Positions 39,731 through 54,507 of a stretch of 64,000 bases of DNA are shown piece after piece; position 1 is the first letter of the stretch, and each line of letters begins with the position of its first letter. The notes under the pieces are model-generated. The model ran no database searches. It was not told the DNA's origin and was given only the letters and a program-made list of their open reading frames with translations. A program made the position numbers and the translations under genes. Source of the DNA: Octopus vulgaris (taxonomy: Eukaryota); assembly GCA_951406725.2 (NCBI GenBank), contig OX597817.1:161324001-161388000 (forward strand). Reading direction: 5' to 3'.

Positions 39731-40567
39731 AAGGATAGATAGTAGCAAGTAGCAAGGACGGCACGTATGAATGATGAAGCCACCTTGAGTACGATCCTAT
39801 GATCCCGGAAAAATTTAAAACACAGAGTTACTTACTTGCAATAAATGTGTTAACGTGACATTATTGACTGAGGTTACCGTGGTCTTTTCCGTAGGCTTTT
39901 CTTTCCACGGATAAACCTTATCTGTTTCCCCCTTTACACTTAAAATCATGACATTTCTGTGATACATGATCCCTATTGATCGTTTTTTTTCTTCTTTCTT
40001 TTCTCTTTCTCTTTCTTTACCATCCCTTTTGATCGAACCCCCTCCCCCCCAAGAAAAGCTCTGCCTTGTAATTTGTCCCGTCTGTGTGCAGTCCTGTGTG
40101 GCTAATAAAGAAATCTATCTATCTATCTATCTGTCTGTCTATCTGTCTGTCTGTCTTTCTTTCTATATCTTTCTTTGTTTCTTTCCTCTTTCTTTCATTC
40201 CTACCTCTCTGTCTACTTCACTATCTGCCCAACACTAGTTTTACATCATCAGTTTTGGACAATTTGATGCTGTAAATGTAACAAGAGTTGGTTCAGATTG
40301 TTTTAACAATGAGAATAACATAGCCATGTTACTGAACAAGATGGGTTTACAATTGGGTTTTTTTTTTTCATTTTCATTTTTGTTGTTGTTGTTGTTATTG
40401 TTGTTGCTGCAGTGTTGGCTGTGTTGGTGTTGGTGGTGGTGTTGATTTTTGTTGTTGAATGTTTCGTTTTTTTTGCAGTGATTTAGAACAAGATGTAAAG
40501 ACCAAAGGCAATTGTTACATTGTCAATGTCCATGTCTATTTTCTCTATTTGCATAGGCAGTTTATGT

Positions 40568-40569
<2 letters not shown>

Positions 40570-40637
<68 letters not shown>

Positions 40638-40664
40638 TGAGTGCATAGGTGCTTGCATGTGTGT

Positions 40665-40725
<61 letters not shown>

Positions 40726-41240
40726 TGAGTGCATAGGTGCTTGCATGTGTGTGTGTGAGTGAGTGAGTGCATGTATGTTTGTGTGTATGCATGATTTTGT
40801 GTGTGTGTGTGCATATTTGTTTGTGTGTGGGCATATGTATTTGCATATGTTGTTTGAGTGTGCACATGTGTTTGTATGTGTGTATATATGTATGTTTGAT
40901 TTGCTAGTGTGTGCATGTGTGTTTGTGTGTGTCCATGTGTTTGTGTGTGCGTGTGCATGTGTTTGTGTGTATGTGTCTGTGTGTGAGCATGTGTTTGCAT
41001 ATGTTTTTTGAGTGTATATATGTGTTTGTATGTGTGTATATATGTATGCTTGATTTGCATGTGTGTTTGTGTGTGTGCATGTGTGTTTGTGTGTGTGTGC
41101 ATGTGTGTTTGTGTGTGTCCATGTGTGTGTTTGTGTGTGGATGTTTTTGCATTTGCGCATGTGTGTTTGTGAGTATGCATATGCATTTTTATATGTGCAT
41201 ATGTGTTTGTATGTGAGCATGTATGTGTGTGCATATGTGT
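40570..41240. repeat. (TG)n and degenerate TG/TGCA-rich tract
   Basis: seen directly. Confidence 0.88.
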
Positions 41241-44200
41241 ATAATATTGAAAATGTAATATATGTAGGACATATTCTATAAGATGTGAAAGTGCATAGCT
41301 CAGTGGTTAGAGCCTCGGGTTTACAATTGTGAGGTTGTGAATTCAATTTCCACACCAGGCTATGTGATGTGTTCTTGTGCAAGACACTGTATTTCATGTT
41401 GTTCCAGTTCACTTAGCTGTAGAAATGAATTGCGATGCTGCTGATGCCAAGCTGTATCAACTTTTGCCTTTCCCTTGGCGGTATGAAGGAGAGAGGCTGG
41501 TATGTATGGGAAACTAAGGTGGTGAGCTGGCAGAATTGTTAGCACACCGGGCAAAATGCTTAGCAGTATTTCATCTGCCGCTACATTCTGAGTTCAAATT
41601 CCTCCGAGGTCGACTTTGCCTTTCATCCTTTCGGGGTCGATTAAATACGTACCAGTTAAGCACTGGGGTCGATATAATTGACTTAATCCATTTTTCTGTC
41701 CTTGTTTGTCCTCTCTGTTGTTTAGCCCCTTGTGGGTAGTAAAGAAATAGGTATGCATGGGAAACTGCTGGCCTTCCACAAACAACCTCGCCTGGCCTTG
41801 TACCTCGAAGGGGAACTTTCTAGGTGCAATTCCATGGTCATTTGTGACCAAAGGGGGTCTTGACCCTCATCCTATAAGATGAAAACAAGGTACCACACAA
41901 ACAGTTGATTGATATTGGTTATTGTCATATAAAAGGGGCTCCCCACCAGCTAGGAAATATAACCCCAGATATAGAAAATGAATGCAAGTATCCAATCAAT
42001 GCTAGAAGAGAAGACCAATAAACCTCAGTTCCTGATGTGCAATGGATTGGTGCCTCCTGGAGCTTCAGATACTAATTCTAATGACTTACCTTCATATACA
42101 AAAACTCTATCAGCCATAACACATTGTTGCTGTTTGTTTATTTTGTGCTTATTTTTCCTTTCTTTATGCAACTTATCATCATCATCATCATCATCATCAT
42201 CAAGGTGGTGAGCCGGCAAAATTGTTTTTGTGCTGGGCAAAATGCATAGTTACATTTTGTCCATCTTTATGTTCTGAGTTCAAATTCCGCCTAGATTGAC
42301 TTTGCCTTTCATCTTCTCAAGGTCAATAAAATAAGTACCAGTTGAACACTGGGGTCAATTACGTCAAGCCCAGTGTTCAACTTGTGTCTAAAGTAGAAAG
42401 GATTATTATTATTATTATTATTAAGGTTGCAAGCTGGCAGAATCATTAGCATAACATAAACACAGGCATGGCTGTGTGGTTAACAAGCTCACTTTGCAAC
42501 CATGTGGTTTGGGATTCAATCCAACTGTGCTACATCTTGGGCAAGTACCTTCTACTACATCCCCAGGCTGACCAATGCCTTGTGAGCGAATTTTGTAGAT
42601 GGACACTGTGTGGAAACTCCTAATATATATATATATATATATATATATGTTCACATCTGTATTTATGTTCATATTGCTTGTCTTTATGCATCATATTGTC
42701 TGTCTTTATGTTCTGAATTCAAATTCCACCGAAGTTGACTTTACCTTTCATCCTTTCAGGGTTGATGTAATTGGCTAACCTCTTCCCCAAAATTCCATGT
42801 CTTGTCCCTATAGCAGAAAGGCACCTAGCACCTGAAATGTTGTCAGGTGCTCACCACTCTCTATCAGTTGGGTAATGTTGTTGGTGGAAGTTCTACATTA
42901 GTAATATATAGAAATCTAGTGGTAGATAAAAACAATGACCTTCTTGGGGAAACTTTCAGTGTCAATGAGGCCAAAATATCTGGACTTTCAGGCTAGGAAC
43001 TACCATGATTAACTTCATAACATCCTGAAATCCCTGGCTTGGCAATGCTACTTAGGAGCACTGCCAGTTTGTGATAAACTCTTCAAGCAGAGAAGTGGTG
43101 CTAAGTGGAGCTGCCTGAGATGCATGCAAAGTGACAAAATCATATTGCATGCATTTGTATTATGTCCAATCATTGTTGACTTGTGGAGTTACGTCAAACA
43201 GCTGTTTTCTTCTTCTTCTAATCAGGACTCACGCCATTAGCCACAAAGAATAATCTCTAACTTGAGCCTACTCTAAGCTACCAAGAATGCGTGTGGCAAC
43301 TTGAAGATCCACAGCTGTTGTTGCATGTGAGACAATCTGACTACCAGCCAAGTCCTACATGAGGAACACCCCAACACTTTTAATAAGACAGGGTTGGCCG
43401 GTGTTCCTCTGTTTAGTGGCTATGGTGAAAGAGGTTGTCTAGTGGATGAGCCCTCATTGACCTTTTAAGTTCCACTTGGTGATGGAAGTGCTCTCTTCCA
43501 GTGAATTTTTCAAAAGGTGGGTGACTGTGGCCAAAATGATTAGAGTGAATGAGCCTCCTAAGCATGTGCCTATAGAATGGAGAACAACAGTTGGGGGAAG
43601 GTTTGTGCATTTCATGATCAGGGTAATCCTAGATCTGTGGGGATTCCTTGATTGGCCACAGTTGGATTGGCTCTCCTATATCAAGAAAACCTCATTATAC
43701 ACATGTTCACATAGTTTGCATTCTGTGTATAATTTTATCTCATTTCATCATCTTTTTCTTATCTTTTATATAAACCCCTACACAAATTGTAGACTGTCCC
43801 TGTGTGATGTCCTCCTCATCTTTGCCCCTGTGACAAATAAAAGAAATCATCATTATCATCATCATTTCAATACTATTTTTACTGCTATATTTTTGGAGCT
43901 TAATCTCTAATCCCAAATCTGATAATCCCAAGTCTTATCTGATGGTTATGAATGGCTTGTTTGGACATTACCAAAGATTAGATTTTAAAATGGCACTGTT
44001 TGGATACTGCAAAAGCATATTTGGATTTCACAATGGATGTTACAAAGGGCTGTATTTGAATGTTGCAGATGGCTTGTTTGAACATTACAAAGGCTTGTTT
44101 GTATGTTATGAAGGCTTGTTTTGATGCTGTGAAGGAATGTTTTGCATACCCTAAACAACTATTTGGATGCTTTGAAGGCTTATATTTTGATGTTATGATG

Positions 44201-44339
44201 GGCTGTTTGAATGTTATGAATGCTTTTTGTTTTTTGGTTTTTGTGAATGCTATAACAATCAAGTTATGCTTCTGACATGTATGGTGTTATACTGCACCCC
44301 CACCCATGCTGGCTTATGGGTTGATGTGAGATAGTCGTA

Positions 44340-44724
44340 TCTCTCTCTATATAAACGGCAGTTTGTCTGTGCGTGTTTCTGTGTGTCTGTTTGCTTGTAC
44401 CCTCACCCTGACCACGGCTTTCAACCGATTCTGATGAAACTTGACACACACATAGCCCAATGTCATAATTCAAAACTAACGCAGCGAAAATTTTGAAAAG
44501 TTCCCCCAGTTCTGAAAAAAATCGATAAATTCGACATGGGGTCGAGAATCAGGAATACGAACCACAAACTATGTAGGGGACGCAACTCTACCTTATTTAA
44601 ATCTCAAAAAAAAATTTACCATCATTTTTTTCCATTTTTTTGCTATTTTTTGGCTATAACTCTCTAAAAATGCTTTATAGTTATTTCCCTTACAAACCTG
44701 AGCAACGCCGGGCGATACTGCTAG
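44340..44724 (+). mobile_element. non-autonomous Helitron-like element
   Basis: 5' TC, 3' CTAG preceded by a short GC-rich hairpin, inserted between A and T; related 5' piece at 38782-39000. Confidence 0.72.
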
Positions 44725-44884
44725 TTTATGATAAAACTGATGTATGGATAGAAGTGACCTAGGGCTGTACAGTTGGCTGCCAGCATAGGAAGAGATGGAA
44801 GATGCTGTTTGAAGACTATGTGTTAAAGAAAAAATGTTGAAGTGGCAGAAATGGTGACAAATGTGATGATAACAATAAAAACAT

Positions 44885-45322
44885 GACAGTAGTGATGATG
44901 GTGGTGGTGATGATGATAACAGTGATAACAACGATGACGATGTTGATTAAGATGATGATGACAATGATAATTTAGATGACGATGACCAGACGGCAGTGAT
45001 GACAACAATGATGATTATGATAATGATGGTGTTGGTGGTGGTGGTGATGATGGTGATAATGATGATGATAACAATAATAACAACGATGACGATGATGATG
45101 ACAATGATAATAAAGATGACGATGACAAGACAGCAGTGATGACAACAGTAATGATTATGGTAATGATGGTGGTGGTGGTGGTGATGATGATTATGATAAT
45201 AAAGATGACGATGACAAGACGGCAGTGATGACAACAACGATGATTATGATAATGATGGTGATGGTGGTGGTGGTGATAATGATGATGATAAAGATGATGA
45301 CAACAGCTATGATGATGATGAC
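44885..45322. repeat. (GAT/GGT)-rich low-complexity region with a higher-order repeat of about 110-125 bp
   Basis: AGACRGCAGTGATGACAACA occurs three times. Confidence 0.8.
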
Positions 45323-47058
45323 AAATGGTGAGTGGCTAAAGGGAACTGGCTAAGACAAACTTTGAGTTTCAATTTCGATTAATTGTTGTTGTTGTTGTTA
45401 TTGCTGTTGTTAATTATTTTTGCAGCTTCAATTAATTCATTAATTGTTGTTCATGTTGTTACCGCGGCTTTTCAATTTTTTTTTTTTTTTGTGTGTTTAT
45501 TTCTGTTTTCCAATACTTAATCCATTTTCCTTTAAATTAAAAAAAAAAATAATATTTTTTTTTTTCAATCTTCCAAGTGTTCTTTGATAATCCATCATTA
45601 CTTTTCCGGCCAATTTTTTTCAACCAAATTGTGTATTTTTCATGTCACTGTTTGTTCTTTACTTTCTGATTATTAACTTTGAGCATCACATTTTATCGCA
45701 GTCCATGATGTAACCTATTGTCTGTGTGTAGACATAGACACAGGCATGGCTGTGTGGCTAACAAGCTCTCTTTGCAGCCATGTGGTTTTGGGTTCAATCC
45801 CACTGTGCGGCACCTTGGGCAAGTATCTTCTACTACATCCCCAGGCTGACCAATGCCTTGTGAGCGAATTTTGTAGATGGACACTGTGTGGAAACTCATA
45901 ATATATATATATATCACATGACTGACCAGCCTATCAGATGTTGCTACACATCGCTGGTCACAATGTGCTTCGCATTGTTTTAGCCTTCAAATGACGCCAC
46001 CCCGCTGGCTAAGCGAGCAGGCCAACAGAAGAAAGAGTGAGAGAAAGTTGTGGTGAAAGAGTACAGCAGGGATCGCCACCAACCCCTGCCAGAGCCTTGT
46101 GGAGCTTTTAGGTGTTTTTGCTCAATAAACACTCACAACATCCAGTCTGGGAATCGAAACTGCGATTGTACAACCTCAAGTCTACTGCCCTAACCACTGG
46201 GCCATTGTGCCTCCAATATATATATATTTATATATTCTCAAAACGGTGATCAACTGAAAACCATTGTGTTTCATCTTATCATTGCCAATTAAATAATGAA
46301 CTTATTTCAGTCATTCAACTGTGGCCATGCTGGGGCAACGCTTTGAAAATTTTAGTCAAACAAATCAACCCCAGTACTTAATTTTTAGGTGTGATACTTA
46401 TGCCATCAGTCTTTTTTGCTGAACCACTAAGTTACCACTAACCCAGGTTGTCAAGTGTGCTGCTAGGGACAAACACAAAGACACACACAGACGTGTGTGT
46501 GTGTGTGTGTGTGTGTTTGTATGTATGTATATGTATATAATGTATACACACGTGATGGGCTTCCACACAGTTTCCATCTGTGAAATTCACTCACAAGGCA
46601 CTGGTCAGGCTGAGGCTATCATAGAAGACACTTGCCCAAAGTTTTGCGCAGAGGGATTGAACCTAAAATCCCACGGTTGCAAAATGAGCACCTTAACCAC
46701 ACAGCCATGTTGCTTTATATTTTTTCTGTTCAAATCTCATGAAGGTTGACTCTCATTTTATCTCCACTGAGTAATTCAAAGCATCAGAAAAAAAATGACT
46801 TGCAGTATTTCTTTCAGGTCTTTACGTTCTGTGTTCAAATCCCACCAAGGTCCTCTAAATCCCTCATGGGGTTACTAAAGAAAAAAAATTAGGAATGGCT
46901 GTGTGGTAAGTAGCTTGCTTACCAACCACATGGTTCCGGGTTCAGTCCCACTGCGTGGCACCTTGGACAAGTGTCTTCTACTATAGCCTCGGGCCGACCA
47001 AAGCCTTGTGAGTGGATTTGGTAGACAGAAACTGAAAGAAGCCCGTCATATATATGTC

Positions 47059-47121
<63 letters not shown>

Positions 47122-47690
47122 TTGTGTGTCTGTGCTTGTCCCCCCAACATTGCTTGACAACCGATGCTGGTGTGTTTACATTCCTGTAACTTAGTGATTC
47201 GGCAAAAGAGACCGATAGAATAAGTACTAGGCTTACAAAGAATGACTGAAACAAGTAAAAGAGTCAGGTACTAGATCTGATATAATTAACTATGCTACCT
47301 CACTCTTGCAAACTTTCAGGTCTTGTGCCTTTGTTAAAATCAATTATTAAAGAATGCAGTAAGTGGCAAATTGGCAGGATCATTAGTATTCCGGGTGAAA
47401 TGCTTGGCGGCATTTCATCTATCTTTACGTTCTGAGTTCAAATTCCACTGAGGTCAGCTTTAACCTTTCATTCTTTTGTGGTTACTCTTTTACTTGTTTC
47501 AGTCATTTGACTGTGACCATGCTGGAGCACCACCTTTAGTCAAACAAATCGACTCCAGGACTTATTCTTTGTAAGCCTAGTAATTATTCTATTGGTCTCT
47601 TTTGCCGAACTGTTAAGTTACGGGGACGTAAACACACCAACATCGGTTGTCAAGCGATGTTGGGAGACAAAGACAGACACACAAACATAT

Positions 47691-47787
<97 letters not shown>

Positions 47788-48941
47788 TGTGACAGGCTTC
47801 TTTCAGTTTCCGTCTACCAAATCCACTCACATGGCTTTGGTCAGCCCGAGGCTATAGTAGAAGACACTTGTCCAAGGTGCCATGCAGTGGGAATGAACCT
47901 AGAACCATGTGGTTGGTAAGTAAGCTACTTACCACACAGCCACTCCTATGCCTACAATTAAGTACCAGTAATAAATTAAGTACCAGTGAAACACTGGGGT
48001 CGATGTAATCGGCTTATCCCCTCCCCCAAAATGTCAGGCCTTGTACCTTTAGTAGAAAGGATTATTAACGAAAGCAGAGAATTGGCAGAATTGTTAGCAC
48101 ATCAGGCAAAATGGTTTTGGCTCTCTACGTGCTGAGTTCAAATTCCGTCAAGGTCACCTTTGCCTTCTATCCTTTCAGGATCAATGAAATAAAGTACCAG
48201 TTGCACACTTGGGCTGATGTGATCAACTAGCCCCTACCCTCCAAAATTGATCGCCTTGTGCCAAAATCTGGAACCATTAACGAAGAAGAGTGGGGAGTGA
48301 CAAAATCAATTAAGCACTTGACTAATTTACTTTGTTGCTTTTAATTATAAGTAAATGTGTTCTGATTTCAAATCCTGATGAGTCTGATTTTATATTTCCA
48401 TCTCCTAAGTATTTAGGGTAAATTAAGTTTACTTACAACATCTACCTACTCCTCAGTGTCTCACCACCTTCAAACCCCCACCCTACCCCTTCACAACCCT
48501 CATCCCTCACAATCCCCTTCCTGTTACAGCCCCCTGCCCCCCTCATGTTTCCACCATTTTCACCCACTCACCTCATCCCCGCACAACCCCAACAGTCCCC
48601 AACCCCCTCTCTCTCTCTCACCTCTGACAGCCCCACACCACATCACCCCCTCATATCCCCACCTCCTCTCACACCCTTACTCCCATTCCATGTAACTACC
48701 ACCTCTAACAACCTGCTTCACACATTTCTCTCATAACTCCCACCCCCTTCAGAACCCCACCCATCCCTCACAATCCCAACACTTCACAACCCCTTCCACT
48801 CACACATCACACCTCACAAGCACCCTTCGTCCCTACCAACTCCAATACAAAAAAACTGGCCCTTATACCGCAGTTAAACATCATTGCTATTTTGATATAC
48901 AATATATCATATATATACATACATATATATATCTATATATA

Positions 48942-48986
<45 letters not shown>

Positions 48987-48989
<3 letters not shown>

Positions 48990-49250
48990 TAGTGTACATT
49001 TAAACACATAAGAGATGGCCATAACAGGACATCTGACTCGCTAGAAAGAGTAGTTAAACTACAAACCACTAAATAGTGGCAATTTCAAAAGGGAATGAGG
49101 AATAAAAATATTTACCCTATTTTTCCTGTTTTTATTTTTCATTCCCTTTCGAAATTGCCACTATTTAGTGGTTTGTAGTTTAACTACTCTTTCTAGCGAG
49201 TCAGATGTCCGGTTATGGCCATCTCTTATGTGTTTAAATGTGCACTGTAT
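48987..49250. repeat. inverted repeat (111-bp arms, 42-bp spacer) plus 3' tail within (TA)n; probable PLE relic
   Basis: 48987-49097 vs 49140-49250. Confidence 0.8.
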
Positions 49251-49402
49251 TTTTATATGAATAATATATAGCTTATTGACTAGTTTTTTTCTTCTTGCTA
49301 GACCACTGGTAGCAAAGAATTTTTCTAAATTTTTTGCTACCCTAAGATTTATATATATATATATATAATATATGTGTGTGTGCTTTTCATTATGTTAACC
49401 AG

Positions 49403-49579
49403 CCTTCGTCATGCAGTTCAGTGTCGGGATACAGCCTTCACCAGCTTCAGGGCAACAAAAGCCATGGTAGTCAGAAAACGGGTTACCTGCTGAAAAAGAG
49501 TGAGGGGCGAATGAGAAGAGTGTGGCAGAAGAGAAGATGTAACATCAAAGATGGAACCATGTCGATCAGTCATCAAGAT
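49403..49579 (+). CDS. ASAP1: ASAP exon (linker + PH start): PSSCSSVSGYSLHQLQGNKSHGSQKTGYLLKKSEGRMRRVWQKRRCNIKDGTMSISHQD
   Basis: aaccag / gtaagt; GYSLHQLQGNK and GYLLKKS..VWQxR PH motifs; phase 0-0. Confidence 0.96.
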
Positions 49580-51026
49580 GTAAGTACTACTACTACTACT
49601 ACTACTACTATTTTACTCTTTTACTTGTTTCAGTCATTTGACTGTGGCCATGCTGGAGCACCGTCTTTAGTTGAGCAAATCACCCCCTAGGCTTGAACTC
49701 AAAGCCTCTAGGTGACTGCACTGCATTAACCAATGCCTTTATCTACTATGCTATGCCTGTAAGGAATGACAGAGTGGATTTTTAAGGTTTATAAACCTTC
49801 ATTGATGTCTTATGTTGGTTCCATGCTGATTAGATAATACAATTCTATATTTCCTCATGGTGTTCTCATCTTGATTGGAAAGCAACAATCAAAATGAGGA
49901 CACCAGTGTGACTAATGTCAAACAGTGAACATGATACAAGTTCCTCCTCCTCCTCATCATCGTTTAACGTCCACTTTCCATGCTGGCATGGGTTGGACAG
50001 TTTGACTGAGGACTGCCAAGCCAGATGGCTGCGCCAGGCTCCAATCTGATCTCGCAGTGTTTCTACAGCTGGATGCCCTTCCTAACGCCAACCACTCTGA
50101 GAGTGTAGTGGGTGCTTTTACATGCCACTGGCACGAGGGCCAGTCAGGTGGTACTGGTGACGGCTACACTCAAATGGTGTTTTTTATGTGCCACCTGCAC
50201 AGGAGCCATTCAAGCGGCACTGGCAACGAACTCGCTCGAATGTTGTTTTTCATGTGCCGGTAAGGCAATGCTGGTAATGATCACATTGAATGGTGCTTTT
50301 ATTAAACAACAATTTCTATATTTCATTTCAGAAATATAGAATTGTAGACTTAAGTCTATCCATGAGCCCTAGGACTCATAAGGTCAGAGCTTAACTCAGT
50401 TTCCACGGCGCTAAAGTGACTGAAATTGCAACATTTTCCCTGAATGGGATACTGATCCATCACAGGGTTAACTTTCCATCAATTGCTGGAACTCATTTAT
50501 GGCTGAGAAAATTGAGCACAATATGAAATGAAGCATTATACTCAGGAATACTTGTACCACTCAATGTGGGAATCGAAGCCCTGGTTTCTATAGCACTAAA
50601 TTTACTGAAATTACAACATTCCCCATGAACAGGATGTTGGTGTCCCAGATATTACTGGAACTCATGTAGTGTTAAGTAAACTGTACAACATGAAATGAAG
50701 TATTTTATTCAAGAACATCATGGACCACCTGATCTGGGATTTGAAACCATTGTCTTATGATTGTGAGTGTAACACTTTTACCACTAGGTCATGTGGAAGG
50801 TGGTCAGATCATGGAGTGATTTGATATTGTCTTAATGGTGGCTTTTCATAATTGTTGTTTAATAGAAGTATCAGTTATGTATTGGTGTTGATTCAATCAA
50901 TAATATACTTCCTGAGGATATATGTAAAATACTTCCTGAGGATATATGTAAAGCCTTGGATGAATGTGAGAAAACATTGTTGTTGTTATTGAGTTTCTAT
51001 TCATTGATGTTATTCTTGTATTTCAG

Positions 51027-51074
51027 GAAAGTAAAGACCCTGTAAAATTGAATCTGCTCACCTGCCAAGTAAAA
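51027..51074 (+). CDS. ASAP1: ASAP exon (PH): ESKDPVKLNLLTCQVK
   Basis: tttcag / gtaagt; KLNLLTCQVK as in ASAP1; phase 0-0. Confidence 0.96.
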
Positions 51075-51173
51075 GTAAGTATTTATTCTCTCTCCCTCTC
51101 TCTCATTTATTCTCTCTCTCTCTCATTTATTCACTCTCTCTCTCATTTATTCTCTCTCTCTCTCTCTCATTTA

Positions 51174-51236
<63 letters not shown>

Positions 51237-52269
51237 CTCTTTAGAAGCAGTTAACTGAGTAGTGTATTTCTAATTGCTGTGAAACTTTAACCCCTTTAAC
51301 TGGCCATATCCGGCCTAAATATTCTACCTGTTTTGCATTCAAAGTGACTAGATCTGGCCTTTCACAACTACCCTGAAATGTCATTCTAAAAATAAACAAT
51401 CACATCAGTGAAATCTGAAAGCTATGAGATACTTTTTTTACTTTTTTACTTTTTACTTGTTCCAGTCATTTGACTGTGGCCATGCTGGAGCACCGCCTTT
51501 AGTCGAACAAATCGACCCCAGGACTTATTCTTTGGAAGCCTAGTACTTATTCTATCAGTCTCTTTTTGCTGAACCGCTAAGTTACGGGGACGTAAACATA
51601 CAAGCATCGGTTGTCAAGGGATGTTGGGGGGACAAACACAGACACACAAACATATACACATACACACACATATATATATACATATATACGATGGGCTTCT
51701 TTCAGTTTCCATCTACCAAATCCACTCACAAGGCTTTGGTCAGCCCAAGGCTATAGTAGAAGATACTTGCCCAAAGTGCCACACAGTGGGACTGAACCTA
51801 GAACCATGTGGTTCATAAGCAAGCTACTTACCACACAGCCACTCCTGCGCCTATTATGCATGATTAATTCAAAACAATTTGAAAGATTAAGCATTACATT
51901 TAACTGAATAATCTGAACGCTAAAGGGTTAAGTTACTTAATTCTGAGTCAATCTGTTTGTAACAAATAAATATAAATTTTATGTTGTGTGTTTGTGCACC
52001 CATCTATCTACCTGTGTGTGGGTGTATATCTGTGTGTGCGTGTTTACCTTGCAAGGCTGCCTGGCTATGATGGCTTACAAACATAAATATATTTATATGG
52101 ACTAACTTGGTTGAGATAAATAAAATTTAATTGTTAAGAAAATAAATCTGATAATTTTATTTTTATATATTTTTTATTTTTCCCCTTCACAAAACTATTA
52201 ACAATGTCACTGAAATGGATTGGTTTAACTGGACATTTGCTCATGATGTTTGCTTTCTTTTATTTTCAG

Positions 52270-52321
52270 TTAGTACCAGATGACCCTGGCAAGAAATATT
52301 TCGATTTGATATCTAGTTCTA
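52270..52321 (+). CDS. ASAP1: ASAP exon (PH): LVPDDPGKKYFDLISSS
   Basis: tttcag / gtaagt; FDLIS motif; phase 0-1. Confidence 0.94.
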
Positions 52322-52836
52322 GTAAGTAGTCTGTTTTGCTCTTTTCTTTTCATGAATGTAACCCTTACTTAATTTAAACAGAATTGAGCCATTGGTCTTA
52401 ATTTCCATTTGGTAATTATGGCACATCCTCTAGAGGTCAAGATAATTTTAATAAATCAAGAATTAATGTTGTATGATATTTGATATACCTGTATTTTCCT
52501 ATGTTGTTCAAATACATACAGTTGGCCACTTAAAATATTTTTATTTAAATTACGCAAATTACCAAGACTATAAAATGTATCCTACTCTGTTTTGTATAAG
52601 TCTAAGTTGCTTGGTTTCTGGAGATAAGGTTGAACAGTCGTTGTTCTGATGATGGCTATCAAATCAGAAACATACGTCCACAACTTCCTCTTAGCTCTGG
52701 ATAAGAGGATAGTTGTTGTTGTTGGTGGTGATGACTACTGCCCATCAAAAGTGGAAACATCTTTGTTCTCTGTAAATCTCTCATTCATTTTATACTTATC
52801 AAAGTTTATCCAATACACTGTTGTTGTATTTTTCAG

Positions 52837-52885
52837 AAAATCGAACTTACCATTTCCAAGCAGATGATGAGAAAGAAATGGAAGA
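52837..52885 (+). CDS. ASAP1: ASAP exon (PH): KNRTYHFQADDEKEMEE
   Basis: tttcag / gtgagt; NRTYHFQA motif; phase 1-2. Confidence 0.96.
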
Positions 52886-53228
52886 GTGAGTTCTACCTTA
52901 TTAATTTGCTTTACATCAAAACTTTTACAAAACAATAGGGTCTTTCTTTAGAGTAAAGTAAAGTAAGGCAGGTCCTTAATTTCAGTGCATATATTTTTGA
53001 TTTAAAAAAGAAAAAATTACAAGTACAGGAGGAAATCGGCGTTTCAGAAGTTTGAAGTTTGTTTCCCAAGCCTGTAGTCTTGAGTTCAGTTCCAGTGCAC
53101 AGTTCCTTGGGCAAAGGTCTTCAACTATAGCCCTGGGCCAACCAAACCCTTGTGAGTGGATTTGGTGAATGGAAACTGTAAGAAACCTGTCATGTATGTG
53201 CGTGTGTGTGTGTGTATATATATATATA

Positions 53229-53610
53229 GGCACAGGAGTGGCTGTGTGGTAAGTAGCTTGCTTACCATCCACATGGTTCCAGGTTCAGTCCCACTGCGTG
53301 GCACCTTGGGCAAGTGTCTTCTACTATAGCGTCAGGCCGACCAAAGCCTTGTGAATGGATTTGGTAGACGGAAACTGAAAGAAGCCCATTGTATATATGT
53401 ATATATATGTGTTTGTGTGTCTGTGTTTCTCCCCCCAACATCGCTTAACAACCGATGCTGGTGTGTTTACGCCCCCGTAACTTAGCAGTTCACCAAAAGA
53501 GACCTATAGAATAAGTACTAGGTTTACAAAGAATAAGTCCTGGGGTTGATTTGCTTGACTAAAGACAGTGCTCCAGCATGGCTGCAGTCAAATTACTGAA
53601 ACAAGTAAAA
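53229..53610 (+). mobile_element. SINE family A, full-length copy
   Basis: collinear with 194-649. Confidence 0.88.
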
Positions 53611-54337
53611 TATATATATATATACATATACATACATGTGATGTACTTCCACACAGTTTCAGTCTACTAAATTCACTCAGAAGACATTGGTTGGCCCAGG
53701 GTATAGTGAAGGGCATTTGCATAAAGTGCTGCACAGTGAGACTGAACCTGGAACCATGTGGCTGCAAAGCAAGGTTCTTAACGACACAACCATTCCAAAT
53801 CTACTTCTGAAGATCTCATCATACAGTTTATTTCTAAGTTTAATGCTGAATTTATGACGGGGGTTTAACACTAATATTTCATGATTAACTTCAATATTTA
53901 GCACTTATGAGGAGGTGCTGAAAAGATTCACACACTTATTACAGTGGCCCTTCAGTTTTCCTAAACCCTGTAAAAGAATTTGGAAGTTTGGACCTCCAAC
54001 CGGGCCTTTTACAATACCCTTAAAGCCAGGAACTTTTCAGCACCCACTTGTCTGTTATTTAATATTTTGCACTCATGTTATTTAAATATCCTCGAAACCA
54101 TGTCAAAGATACAGAATAAAATATTTTCTCAAATTATGAAAATTTACCACCGCTGGTGCATAAGGCAATTGTGTGAAGTTTGCTATGATCCACTGGGGGA
54201 TACATTTGGTGGTTAACATACTAATTTCAAAATTTAAAACTAAGATTATTATCAGATTTACCATTATGGATGCCAATAAGTTTTATTGTAAAAGATTCCA
54301 TGAAGTTCATCATCTGACTTGTATTCTGCCATTACAG

Positions 54338-54507
54338 ATGGATCTCGGTACTAAACAATGCCAAGGAAGAAGTGTTACTGAAAGCATTCCAAGACAACAG
54401 CAATTCCACCTCGATAAATCAGAGTGTCCGTGAACTGACATGTAGCATCATTGAACGAGTGAAGCAGTTGCCTGGCAACAAGACATGCTGCGATTGTGGA
54501 GCACCAG
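54338..54507 (+). CDS. ASAP1: ASAP exon (PH end, ArfGAP start): WISVLNNAKEEVLLKAFQDN...VKQLPGNKTCCDCGAP
   Basis: ttacag / gtattt; PH invariant Trp and first CxxC of the ArfGAP zinc finger; phase 2-1. Confidence 0.97.

Noticed and set aside
40479-40507. Strong acceptor (T-rich TGCAG) suggesting another linker microexon
   Set aside because: Starts with TGA in the host phase and has no frame-preserving canonical donor; unsupported without RNA data
45702-45709. 8-nt segment between cgcag and gtaacc after a long pyrimidine-rich region
   Set aside because: Frameshifting and the donor is weak; cannot be supported from sequence alone
48376-48400. CTGATGAG core-like motif (similar hits near 14317, 39020, 44431 and 63529)
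   Set aside because: No correctly placed GAAA or flanking helices; several lie inside SINE or Helitron sequence
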